Positions 51,996 through 64,000 of a stretch of 64,000 bases of DNA are shown piece by piece. The notes beneath the pieces were generated by a model that was not told the origin of the DNA, did no database searches, and worked only from the letters and a program-made list of their open reading frames with translations. The stretch spans positions 930,001-994,000 of the forward strand of contig BCIN01000007.1 in NCBI GenBank assembly GCA_039545335.1, in the 5' to 3' direction. Made by a program: the position numbers and the translations under genes. The stretch is from Kondoa subrosea (lineage: Eukaryota). How positions within the stretch are numbered: position 1 is the first letter of the stretch; every line of letters begins with the position of its first letter.

Positions 51996-54288
51996 TCAAG
52001 CAGAAGGTGCCTGCGCGCCATTCTGCCCTTGCTGCCTGTTTCTCTGCTGTTGACCTCCATTCTGCCTCCTTCCGTTCGGTGGACCATTGCGATATGGTGT
52101 GGGTGCGCTGCCTTGCTTGTCCAGCGGTGCCTCAGATTGGGTCTTTGCTTGGAAAGGAGGGATAGAAGGTTTACTAGAGCCGTTAGCTGCTTGCTGAGCG
52201 TAAGAACCAGATCTTTGCATCTGTTGAGGTCGAGCTTGATCCTGAGATTGATTTCTTTGTGGTTCAGGTAAAGCGGAAGAAGGAGGTGCTTGAGCTTGTT
52301 GCGATGTAGAAGACGACCGCTGAGACTGTTGTCTTTGTTGTTGTTGACCTTGCTGTCTTTGTTGAGGTTGCTGAGGCTGACCGTTTGAAGACATGGTTGG
52401 TGTAGGAGCAGCAGGAGGAAGAGGTCTTTCTGGACCTTGATCTATAAGACCAGGAGCGACGTAGAGGGCTGGGTCAATGTTCTAAGAGGCACAATGAGCT
52501 TCCGAGCACTATTTGCCAGGCATGTCACATACAGCAGGTATTGGCTGAATTTCAGTTCCGAGTTCTTGTTCTATTCTGTACAGGTTAAATCGATCTTCGT
52601 AAGTAATCAAATCTTGTAGACCAGAATATCAGTCCTCTGCAAACAATCTGCTGTGAAGGTAGACTCACTGATTGCCAAACCGAGATGTCCGAAACGTCCA
52701 GATCGACCAATACGATGTAGATATGTTTCAGCGTTCCTATACTCAAAATCAGTGTTTCAAGCTCGATAAATATTTATCACGGCGTACTTAGGGAAATCAA
52801 AATTGATGACACTGAAATGCTAATTAGTCAACTTCGCAAACATGGGCTAGAAGGAACTCGCGTGTTGACAGAAGGAATATCGATACCTCTTGTCAGTAGA
52901 TCAGAGCACACCAAATTCCGACACGCTCTATACAACCGGGGAAAAGAGTAAGATCTAATATCTAGTACTCTCTTCATCCGACGCACCCATTTCTGAAATC
53001 ATGGAACACTCTGTTTCGATGCGCTTGAAGCATCCTGGCATGAGAAAAGAAACAAGAATAGCCTAATTCGGTAATCTTCTTCGCGAGCAATTCCACTCTG
53101 TTTGTAGAATTGCAGAAAATGATGGATTGATTGATTTGAAGTTTGCCAAACAGAGTATTGAGGCAATGAACTTTCTGCTTCTCTTCCAAAAATGCATAGT
53201 ATTGAGTGACACCTTTCAAAGTCAATTCGTCCATGAGATTGATTTCGTGTGGGTTGACCATATGCTTGTCTTTGAAGTCTTTGACTAGAAGAGGGAAAGT
53301 AGCGGAAAAGAGCATAACTTGACGTTCTTTGGGTAAGAGACCAAGGATTTGTTCGATGACGACTGATTGTCTCTCTCTCAGCAAAGCAGCCAAGACACTT
53401 ATGATCTATTCCCATACCTGTGAATTCTGGTGATAACAGCTTGTCTGCTTCATCCATGACGAAAGTCGGGCATTCAGAAAGATCAGCAATCCCTCTACTC
53501 CCTAAATCTAGAATTCGGCCAGGAGTACCAACAAGGATGTGAACGGTTTCGCTAAGACGCAGGATATCATCTTTCAAAGTCGTTCCTCCCGTTGCGACCA
53601 TAACATTGAGATTGAGATGTTTGCCTAGAGTTTTGCAGACTTGAGAGGTTTGTAAGGAAAGTTCACGAGTAGGGACAAGAATCAGAGCTTGAATCTTTGG
53701 TTTCTTTGGATTGATCTTCTCTAATGTTGGAATCACGAATGCACCAGTTTTACCTGTTCCGTTCTACGGAAGATAACGATATCAAAATCGCTCCAGCGTG
53801 ACCTTCCTATTTCGTAACCTACCTTCGCTCGAGCCAAGATATCACGGCCAGTCAAAGCTATTGGGACTGTAGACACGGTTCAGTACAAAAGACTGCAGCC
53901 TAGCTAGGCGAATGACTAACTTGATTCTTCTTGAATAGGCGAAGGCGCTTCAAAGCCAGCTTCGTATATGCCCATCAAGAGCTGTCCACCAAAACAAGTT
54001 GTCATCAGTACTGAATCTGATCGGTACGCCGTCCAACGGACCTCTCGCTTGAGGAAGTAATCTTTTGGAACAAGTATGAGCATCTTTTTGCGAAATACAA
54101 CTCGGATATAGCTGGGCTGACCTTCAAATTCATTGCCTTTACGATTTGTGACATCCTGTAGACCATACACACTCAGACTAAAGGCCTGAGATGAGGTAGC
54201 AAAGACTAAAACGAACGCTTGTTTGCGGTCTTAGATCTTTCGGAGGTAAATTCAGGCTGCTCTTATCGAGCTGTGATGTAGAAGCCAT
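51996..54288 (-). CDS. DHH1: DEAD-box RNA helicase Dhh1/DDX6 with Q-rich C-tail
   Basis: [55 protein letters not shown] and [13 protein letters not shown]. The last exon includes the 51996-52394 Q-rich ORF. Confidence 0.97.
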
Positions 54289-54600
54289 TGCAGAAGAGGT
54301 CAAGGGGAGCTTGAGAAGCAAGCTATGTCAATTTGGTTGAGTCTGTGTTCGTTGTGAGCAGAAGAAACTCGACGAAGGGTTACCAATTGGCTCGCAAAGC
54401 TAGGAGAGAGGCAACAACAGCCTGTTCAAGTCGAAGCTAGATGATCGGCGCAGGCTAAGTATAAAATACAAGTAAACTGGAAGTGAGACATGCATGTATT
54501 CTGTCTTTTTCAACCTTGAGAAGTGAAAGCAATGACAAGGTCCTGATACTGAAGAACCTCCTCCCATCTATGAAACATGAACACTGAATATAGTTCTCCT

Positions 54601-57600
54601 TTAGGCATTGCCCATCTTCACATCGCTTAAAGTCTGTGCAAGTTCGCTCTCTCGATGAGCCAACTGGACAGGCTCAATCATAGATCGGAACGTACCCTGA
54701 AAGCTTCCTTGTACGCGTCCAATAGCGCTTTAACCCTATTCCGTTCCGCCGTCAAGTTCTCATCTTCATACAACAAATCCCCAAACAAGCTTTCCCTATA
54801 CAAAGAAGTGACCAATCTGTTTTGCACTGAATCTTTCGAGTTGTTGACAAGTAAATGCATGATAGCTTTCGGAATCAGATCTTGGATGGTTTGCCGAACA
54901 ATATTGAAGTAAGTCGCAATCGATAATTGGATGAAAGAAGTTTCCAACTCTTCTCTTTCCGACATTGAGTTCTCTTCATCTTCGAGCTAAGTCACATAGT
55001 GGATTAGTAAACTTGCATTTGGAGTGAGATCGAAGAGAGGAACTTACTGGCTCTAACATATGTTTGTCCAAACTCTTCATGTCAAAAGCAGCAGCAGTCC
55101 CTTCCAAACCTTTTCTCCCTGCTAATGGATTGTCACTTCTTGCAGTATCCATCATTCCTCTTCTCGAAGAAGAGGTAGCATGTGAAGGTACGACTGGTAA
55201 AGTTTGTCCCCCATTCGTTCCGCCAAAGAAATAGTTGAGGAAAGATTCTTTGCCTGGTTGTGAAAGAGAAGGTTGAGAAGAATGGTGGTTGAAGCCAACA
55301 GGAGAAATAGGTCGATGCTGTTGACCTAATAGTGCCGCTGATCGATCATTGACCGACATGGATGGCGCGCGATGATGTGCTTCTGTTGAATAACCTCCCG
55401 CTGCTGCTGAGCTTGGTCGACCATTAGATACTTTGGGTGCTCTCAATCGACCGTTGGGCGGTTGTTGTTCTGGTTCTTCGTCCGACGAGGATGATTGACG
55501 AGGTTGAGCATCTTCTGCTTCATGTGCCTGTGCGGTTTTGAAGACCAACTAAGTTACACATAACAAAGTCTGGCTTCTTAGCGCACCTTATGCTGCTCAA
55601 GCCTTTTAGCGGCTTCTTCCTGTCTAAGCTGTTTCGAAGTCTTGAGCTGACTTTTCTGCGTTTGCAAAGTAGTCTCGAAATCAGGATGGTTGATGTTGAT
55701 GTAAGCAGCTTGAATGGAGATCAAGCTTTGAACATAATCGGAAGTAGGACCTAATCTTTCCCTCAACAATTCTGAAACGACTTCAATAAGTTGAGCATGT
55801 AATCTTGGATATCGTTGAAGTTCTTGCGACGTGCAATTATGGCAGATCTTCATCAATTCTTCGTATACCAGTTCTACGCAGCGAATCGAAGGTGGTTCGA
55901 GGAGTTTAATTTGAGGTTTCACTAATAGATCGAAAGCTACACCAGCTCGAAACAGAGTTGGTCGAGGACCTGTTGAATTTCTGATAGCAGTTCGAATGTC
56001 TTGTAGCGTAAGATTGTGAGTTGGGTTAATGGATTCTAGAGCGTGACCGAACACGTCATTAAAGATGTAGTAGATTCTTGCTCCGCCGCAAAGCTCTTTC
56101 GTCGAGATATCTGGTGAGGTACCATCGATGGAAGCGACAAAGTCTCGGACGAATTGCGTCATGAGTTTCAGTATTAGTGTTCCGCGATGTTGTTCGCCCA
56201 TGAAAGCAGAGTCGCCAAAAGCGTTAAGTTCTTGCTGTGTTTGACCCATTACTGTAGGTCCAAGCAAAAGTAGCATCAGAAACCAGTCTGACTACCGAAT
56301 CATTGACCTACGAGTGTTCAACCTTGCTTTCATATCCGGCAATTTATCCCTAATATGCGAAAGCAGGACTTGATTCAATGTCTTTGCTAGGTATTTCGTT
56401 CCACATCGATGAGCAATATTCCGGTACCCAGCGTGGCTCCGAAAGAATTCCGTCTCAGATTCCAAAGCTTGACTCATTGGTTTATCAGCATTGATGTCTT
56501 GCTGACTTCTGTTGACTACGCCTATGAAGCCTAGTTTGAGAGGATAGACTCGACCGGTAAGAACATCAAGAGCGTTGGTTCCATTGTCCATAAGATCGAG
56601 TTTTGTCAATACACCAATCGTTCGTCTGCCTTGCGGATCAACTTGTCTTGCTATTCGAAGCGAATCAGAATTGGCTAGATCCACATTTGCAGGCGATATG
56701 GCGAGAATCACGCTGCAGCACATCGTCAGCACGCATTTGATTCGAGAGATTTAAAGCTTACCAGTTCGGTTTGGAAATATAGTCTAGTACTAAAGCTCTG
56801 ATTTGTCTTTCAATGTCCGACGGCTGAAGAAATGGTCAGCCTTCTCGAAATGCCTGTTAGACGAGAACTGACTTGATCACCGACGGGAATCTGTGAGAAT
56901 AGGTCAGCAATCTCGACAATCTTCCGGATCAAGGGAATCATACCTTTGTCAAACCAGGCAGATCCACTAGTGTAAGGTTGAGGACTCGTTCGGAATAAAG
57001 CTTGAGGTGAACTGTGAGTTGGCCAAATACGCCATCAATAAAAATTGATTTGAACATTCTGCTAACCCACTTGGTAATCTTGAAATCCCTTTGTTGGCTC
57101 CAGTAACCCTTTTTGTCTCGTTCTCAATTTCTTTCCTCACTTCCGCAAAGTCATAAAACCTGGCATGAGTATGCAAGAATTCTGCATATTCTCGAACAGG
57201 TATAGTATCAGAAGTGCCGGAAGTGGGTTCAGAATGTTGATGGACCGCATCAGCTGAAGAAGGAGAGTTGGAAGGAGGTAGATGTATCAATTGCAAGATC
57301 TTTTACCGGAAAAGGGACGTGTTAGTACTGCTGATCTCTGTGTTTAGCGGATTTATAGACTGACCAAAGGCCTTCTGGTGACGATACCTGATCCACGAGG
57401 TAGGAAATCAATGCCGACAATGTTCTGTTCACCCAAGTGCTGAGCGTGAAATGCGTGTCTACGAGGATCAAGGGCAAACCTCTAGAACGCTGCTTTTGCC
57501 TGACGATTGGGATCCCACAACGACTATCTGAGGTAGGTCCACGCTTTCTCCTCCTATAGAAGTCTGTTCAGCGCAGTGTTCGACCTGGGAAATCCAAGAA

Positions 57601-57667
57601 AAGGCGGACCAATGCCATGGAAAGTCTCTTGAAGCTTGTTGACAATTGAAATTAGGTCGTTATCCAT
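54601..57667 (-). CDS. DNM1: Dynamin-related mitochondrial fission GTPase Dnm1/Drp1
   Basis: [40 protein letters not shown], insert-B FLNYFFG and GED ([14 protein letters not shown]). Confidence 0.95.
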
Positions 57668-57909
57668 TGTATGGGTGTAAAGAGGCCAGCCCTAGAACAT
57701 GAAACACCTGCTCGACGTGTGAAAGCGAGCCTTGCATTTTCACAACCTTGTCTCAGCACGGCGGCTGTTCCAAGACTGGCTGAATACCACGAGCACTGGG
57801 TCTATACCATCGCTGTCTATCTCTGGATCATCACCCTTGCCTTAGTCTTACGCGAGAAATCCGACTTTGTGTCTTGTTGTTTTCGTTACATTTCCCTATT
57901 CTATAAGCC

Positions 57910-59302
57910 ATGGCCGTCGCAAGAGCTCAAGAGTGTGTCCAAGTCCCTCTATTAACGCTATTCAGCCTTATGCTGTGCCTCTGTAGGCTTCTGACAGCAT
58001 TCGGGTCTGCTTCTCTACATTCGAATGATCTTCGAACTCGCTCGCAAGATGAAGAAGCAACTAAACCTAACCCACTAGGTATCTCGCAACGAGAAGCATT
58101 GACTGAAAACTTCACAATGCTTACATCTATGTCGGATGACTTTCATATCAACCCTAACAATCTGTCAAAGCTGGACAGTGAAGTCAGGGAACACAAGGTC
58201 AGCAGCTGTGTCATATATCAGAACATGAATTCGAACCTCATGACGGTTCGAAATAGTCTTACTTATCTCAAGTCAAGTTCAGCTGGGCGGAAAACAATAT
58301 CAAACGGCGATTTGTGCAGCATATCCTAGTTGAAGATTCATCAACAGCTATCACTAACGCAGATAATGTAGCATTAGGTATGTCGTATAGATCTCAATAG
58401 CAAGTGATGCTAAAGTTTTCCCCAGAAACGGAACGGGGGATCAAGAAAGCTAGATTGAAGAAGATGAAGACGGAAGCAGAACAATTGCAAGCAAGCTTTG
58501 TGCAGAGCGCAAATTCTCTCGATGCAGGTAAGTTGACTGCGCTCTATGCCCCGCTTTGATTCAGCTCCAATCTCGGTCAATAGGTATGAACGCTCTTACT
58601 CCAGCTTTAGAAGAAATGCAAACCCTGTCAAGATCAATAACGAGCATGGAACTAGAACTAAGCATGCTTCGAGCTTCTCAAGCCTCAAATCAAATGACCG
58701 TTCCTCAAGCTACTTCAATCCTCGATACCCAAATTTCCACACTTCAAACTTCTTCTCACAAACTCACTACTGCTCGTTCTTCTCTTCTCGAAGCTCAATC
58801 TCGGCATGCTCAATTGAAACAACGTTTAGAAACTTTGCAAGCGGAAAAAAATCAAGCGGAGAAAGCGGCTGAAGTAGTCAAGAAATCAACTAAAGATTTC
58901 GATGGAAGTTTAGCTAGGAATTGTAGATGGTATACTACTGCTATGGACTTGCTCAAGGGTTTGTTGGGCGTGAAAAGGATTGAGAAAGTGAATGATAGTT
59001 TGAGGATATCGTATGCTTTGGAAGAGGGTGAGTTGGCCGTGCTTCTGCTAAACGCGGATATTGATCTCCTTTCTTGTAGGGAAAGAGATTGTATTGGATT
59101 TAAGATTCGATGGCACGACTGGACAATTTATTGGTGCTGAAGTGAGTGATGCCAAGGGTGAAACGAACAAGACTAAGCATGTCCTTAGCTGCTCAATTCA
59201 GCCGAAAGCATTCAAGATTTGTCGAAACGAGCTGTCGCTACCGGAGATGTGCGAAATCTCGTTACCGAAATCATGGCAAGATGTGCTGTTGCGACAGGAT
59301 AA
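57910..59302 (+). CDS. Coiled-coil protein, probable kinetochore Sos7/Kre28-like
   Basis: Spliced EHK|SYLSQVKFSWAENNIKRRFVQHIL...DNVALE...KKARLKKMK resembles the Sos7 pattern recalled as HYKELFSKLRFSYLEQVTKEKF. A long coiled coil follows. Confidence 0.5.
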
Positions 59303-59643
59303 AGTAATTGATACTTTGGGGGTTTTGTATCTGTATTACTGTATGGCTTGTTTTGTAGGCTTCAATGTGTTACATCTCATGCACTTCCAAACTCGGGTAG
59401 CTATAGCCTCTGAGACATTACTATTTTGTCCCAAACCATAAAAGCAGTCTTCAATCCCTCGTGCTGAGCTTTCTTCTGTGCTGCCTTGTTCGTGCTTTGA
59501 TTCGTCGCTTCATATATCTTCTCGCTTTCTCTCTCCATTTGCACTGCGAGGCTAAGTATGATACGTTCGGGCTGAGTAGTTCGGATCTTTGAACCTTCTC
59601 TTACTATCACTGCGTCTCAACTCTCCTTCTTCTTGTGTCAACG

Positions 59644-60578
59644 ATGCAGTCTAGCAGAGATCCTAGAGACTATGAAATCAGCTGGCTAGAAGACATTGAT
59701 GTTGAGTATTCTTCTTTCCTGTCCGGATTGGAGCTCATGTACCGCAGACTCTTTGCTCGAGGAGATCTCGGTCTGGCTCGGGGATGCTTTTGCTGAAGGT
59801 AGCACAATTCATCTAGTCATTCGTACTATCTGACCACGTTTGGTAGACAAGACAATGCAATACTTGGTTGGGCCAGATGACTACGCCAACCGTACTACGA
59901 GGATGCTCTACTATGCGGCACAATTTTACGCTCGCCGTGGCACTGGTCAAGATCGATTCATTTCGAACGCTACTCACACAGCCTTTCGGTTCTTTAAATC
60001 GCCAGGAGTGAAAGGTGCCAAACTCGACAGAGAGACGTAACTCTCTCTTTGATGACCTTCACCTCTTCTCACCGGTGACATCAGTAATCCTTATTATGCA
60101 AAGTTCGCAGTCAGAATAGACTTCGCTGGATATGAGGCCAGAATAGCTGCGGTAAGCAAGTACCTCTCACCTCGATCTACTATGCTTACTTCTATATTAG
60201 ATGGAACCAGGGGACCGCGCAGCTCACCAAGCAGCATTTGGCGAGAACTCTGCTGCTACTTCTGTTCGGACAGGGTTTCTTGCTGTTAGGCAGGATAAGA
60301 CCGGTCAAGAGATTGGTACTGCTTTGCAGGATTTCACCGAAAGAGAGGTAAAGCCTGTCTAGTGGTCCACTTGATTCCAGTCGCTTATTCCTTTTCCTTT
60401 TTAGGCTGCCAAATGCGCCGCGTACTTGCGATTCTCGGCAGAGGAAGCACTGTCACCTTGGTACACTCAGAGAGGCTATCAAGTCAAATACATTCGAGAG
60501 CCAACTGCAGTAGAAGCAGAAGCTGGCATCGGCAAATTGCACTACCTTCAAATGGATTATAATACAGCTCGAATATAG
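59644..60578 (+). CDS. GNAT-fold N-acetyltransferase-like protein (spliced)
   Basis: LGDAFAE|DKTMQYL, a motif A-like FLAVRQDKTGQEIGTALQ, and a motif B-like YLRFSAEEALSPWYTQRGYQV. Confidence 0.55.
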
Positions 60579-60843
60579 AACTTGTATAATTACGATGCAT
60601 TCTCACTTTACTACTTCGATCTCTATTCGCAATTGATTGCTCACGATGCACAGGCTGCATTCAGACCTGCGTTCGATCAGTCAAACGAGAGCTCGGTATC
60701 TGCTTTATTGTATATGCCTGCTCAGACTCTGCGCGTGCCATGGCTGTCTGCTCCATGTTCCGTCACCACTTTTTCGTCGACAGAAGCCAAACCATCCGAC
60801 TCGGTTTGCAATCGCCAAAGTCGTACATAAGCTACACAACACA

Positions 60844-63413
60844 TCAGGAATGCGTATATGTAAGATGATTATTAAACTGACTACCGTCCTCCTCCATCAG
60901 CGACTTATGTGTACCTTCCTCAATTACTCGACCGGCGTCCATAAAAAGGACGAGATCTGCAGAATCGGTGATGCTTTGCCAGCGATGACTGATATAGAGT
61001 ATCGTCTTCTGTCCCTTTAGAGCAGCAATCTCTTTGAACAAGGTGTGTTCGCTCTCGGGATCCAAGTTGCTAGCCGGCTCATCGAAGATGAGCAGCTCAG
61101 AAGCCTTTGCAAAGGCTCTGCTGAGTACGATCTTTTGCACTGCAATGTAATCAGATCCACATGAAACAGATTCAACACACCAAGGCTTACCTTCTCCTCC
61201 ACTAAACCGCGAGCCTGGCTTGTAATCATGCGACAACAGCTTTGAAATAGCCAGGCGTGTTTCCTCCTTGCTTGTATCGAGATCGGAAGGAATCAGAGAG
61301 CGGCTGCCCGGAGCAAGAGCTTTCTCGTTCTCGTCAATAATCCTTAGGCGGTCAGAGATTGTCACTGGGTGAAGTCCTTTGATACGCGTTCGTACGCTGA
61401 GCTTGTCAAAATCACCGGCAGTACAAGCGCTGCGTAATTCAGTAAGCAGGAATTGAGCTTCATATGCGATTGATGCTTACTCATAACCTTGTTCCAAGCG
61501 TTTAATGAAGTTTTGTGCACCAGCGGCTTGTGCTACTCTTCTGACCACGTTCGAATTGTCATAATCCTCAAAAGCAATATTTTCTTTGAGAGTAAGGTCG
61601 AATAGAGCGGCAGACTGTGGCAGAACAGCCATGGATTTGGCTAAACTGCCAGCCTTAAGCTGTTTGATATCTGTTCCGTTGATCAAGATTTCGCCTTGCT
61701 GAACATCATAAGCCCGAGAAAGTACAGAGATCAAGCTTGATTTGCCGGCCTGTGATCGGTTCTTAGTAAATACGCAGGCTGATTCAACTAGAACTCACGC
61801 CGTTGAAGCCAACGACAGCAACCAGCGAGCCTGCTGGTATATTGAAGGACAAGTTCTTCAATACTGGCTCTTTCTGCTCCTGATTTGGGTATGAAAATGT
61901 CACGTCGCATACTTGTACAGATAGACCAGCTTGCGGGGGATCAAGAGTCGGCAGCGATTGACTGCAGCTTTCTTTATCTGAACATTCAATACTGAGCTTG
62001 ATGTATTCATTGAGAGCGGTAAATTGTTGCATCCGGCGACCAAGACGTTCATAGGTCCTATTGATGATCTGAAGCTCGTGCGCAAATTGCCACGATGTAT
62101 GTTCAATCACAGCAAATGCAACCGAAGTACTAGCAGCGAGCGACCCATGTCGTCCCAGCCAGGCCACTAACAGCTGTTTCAAGCGATTCATCAGAGTTAA
62201 ATTCGCGAGGCTTATGAAACCTCGTACGAGCTGAAATCCGCAGCGTAGGCTGTGCAAGGTTTCACTTCTTGCTCTCTCAGCGACTTGGTCCAATTTGGTA
62301 CGTTTTGAAGTCACAGATGGATCTAAAGATGATGCCGCTGACCGAAAGCTGGCACTTATCCATGGCGCGATACCTGTAAAAAGCCAATGAGCAGATGACA
62401 AGAAAGCGAAGCATTAGCCCTTGCCTAATAACTGAACATCTTTCGCCAATCGCTCGTTCGTGCCTATATCGAAAAGCCTCCTCATTCGGACCAAGGTAGA
62501 ATTTGACACAGAAAGAGCTACAGACGCGCTAGCCCAATTTCGATTCGCAAATGAATTGTACACTGGTTCTTCTAGTAACCAGTAGACGGATAGCATAAGT
62601 ACAAGAGGTACGCAGGATCGAGGAATGAGCGATATGATTGTAGCGAGGCGCAACATGTAGGTCATGAGCCTTAGCAGAAATCAAAGAGAGCTCAACTGAC
62701 GGTAGCATCAGCCAATGAGCAGCAATGGAAATGACAGTCTCGGGAAATAAGGAGTCTGTGCTGTCTTCCGGAACCGCGAGCTGCCTGCTTTCTGCGAGAA
62801 GATCCCGAGTACTTTCTCTTTCTCCAAGTTCCAGACCAATATTGGCTGCAGCAGCCAAGATGGAATCTTGTATAGCAATGTTGTACAAAACTTTGAAACG
62901 ACCAGTATAGAAGACAAGTTTCGATTGGATAGACTTCTTAACCAAGGTTAAACCGAGCCATAGGATCATATACAGCAGAAAAGAACCGAAACTAATTTGG
63001 CCACCTTCAAAAACAGCTTGCGTCTGTACGAACAATCAGATTTACGATCTGCGTTCGACAAAGGTAAGATTGACCAGAACCAGGATCTGCATTTTGCAGT
63101 ACAATTGTAGCACTGGGTGAATGGTGTCCAATGTTATGCAAGCGACAATGGCAAGGATCAGGTGAGGTTCGGTATGCCATATTCCTGCGTTCATCGACCA
63201 TGCAATACGTAAGAACCCCCCTTGAGCTACTAATTTGGCGATTGCTGCTCTGCGAAGTTCACGGTATGTCCATGTAGTCAGCTTGATATACTGCGTTACT
63301 CTAAAGGTCAATGATCACTGTGACGAAAGATCAGAAGTATGAGAAGCTCACCTTTCTGAACCGTCGTCGCTATCTCGGACAAGCCAATGAACCAAATCAT
63401 CCTCATTGTCCAT
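60844..63413 (-). CDS. Half-size ABC transporter (ABCB/MsbA-like, TMD-NBD)
   Basis: Walker A GFNG|AGKSS, Q-loop VLPQ, signature FSGGE|VQKIVLSRAF, Walker B LLIFDEPASNLD and H-loop ISHR, with N-terminal TM segments. Confidence 0.88.
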
Positions 63414-64000
63414 CTTATCCTTATTCTGGCTGACTGAAAACATACGATCGCCTTATGACGAGGCTAAATTCAAGAGAGAGGGAATAGTGGTCCGTTCCGG
63501 ATGAGAGAAGAATATGATCACATAGCAAAGCTGACTAAAGACCAATTTGCAATATGTAGGCGAGAGCAGGCTGTTCTTGTCATTGTTCTCGTCATTGTAA
63601 AATGCACCGCAAGACAGACCGAAACACTCGGTCTCGGGCAAAGCAATGCAAGCTGCAGGTATGAAATACTTAGACACATAGCTCCAGTCGTGTCAATGGA
63701 ATCCTGCGGAGTCTCTGAGATTTGCAAGTCCTTGCTTCGGCTAAGAACAATAGGCAATGTGGACCACGAAAGGCGACGATCTCTTGCACTCAAGACCGCA
63801 ATCACAAGAAAGACGGAAGAACTACAAGTATGCCATCTGTACGAGCAGAATGTATTTCAAAGGCTTGCGAAAGTATATAAAGAAAATCATGACAAAAGCT
63901 GAGGCATACGCATGATGTACATCTTGCTCAGGGCTCATCTTGGAAATTTGTAAATGATATCGAAGAGCAGCCAAGTATCAGAAACAGACCACAGGAACAT

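Noticed and set aside
51996..52394. Stand-alone Q-rich protein
   Set aside because: It is the in-frame last exon of DHH1.
63450..64000. Partial gene or second ABC fragment at the window end
   Set aside because: Overlapping ORFs on both strands have no diagnostic motif, so the strand cannot be assigned.
1..64000. tRNA, rRNA, CRISPR array, transposon or biosynthetic gene cluster
   Set aside because: None seen by eye: no cloverleaf or T-loop in context, no repeat-spacer array, no transposase, RT, TIR or LTR, and no PKS, NRPS or terpene core gene. A covariance-model scan was not possible.

Overview
Gene-dense, intron-rich eukaryotic DNA from a fungus, most likely a basidiomycete. Support for this: introns of about 50 nt with GTNNGT donors and CTRAY-like branch sites, a Ubc2-type Ste50 carrying SH3 domains, and DUF6534-like 7TM genes. 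About 29 spliced genes can be reconstructed by hand. They include COPI alpha, Mcp1, a pepsin-like protease, Ste50/Ubc2, Noc3, a microbial rhodopsin, a glycine-rich RRM protein, a MYND protein, an Arp9-like protein, BRAP2/Etp1, an AlkB-like dioxygenase, a SLAC1/TDT transporter, a GT71 mannosyltransferase, Hem13, Dhh1, Dnm1, a Sos7-like protein, a GNAT and an ABC half-transporter. I saw no rRNA, tRNA, CRISPR array or transposon. The most interesting signals are in splicing. (1) A 65-nt intron appears to have been born recently by tandem duplication in one of two adjacent paralogs. (2) The RRM gene has a probable single-nucleotide exon after a long structured intron, and skipping it switches the Gly-rich tail to an open acidic frame. 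(3) The rhodopsin has a DTE motif and an intact Schiff-base lysine that is visible only after splicing a 14-nt microexon. All exon boundaries are manual predictions without transcript data.
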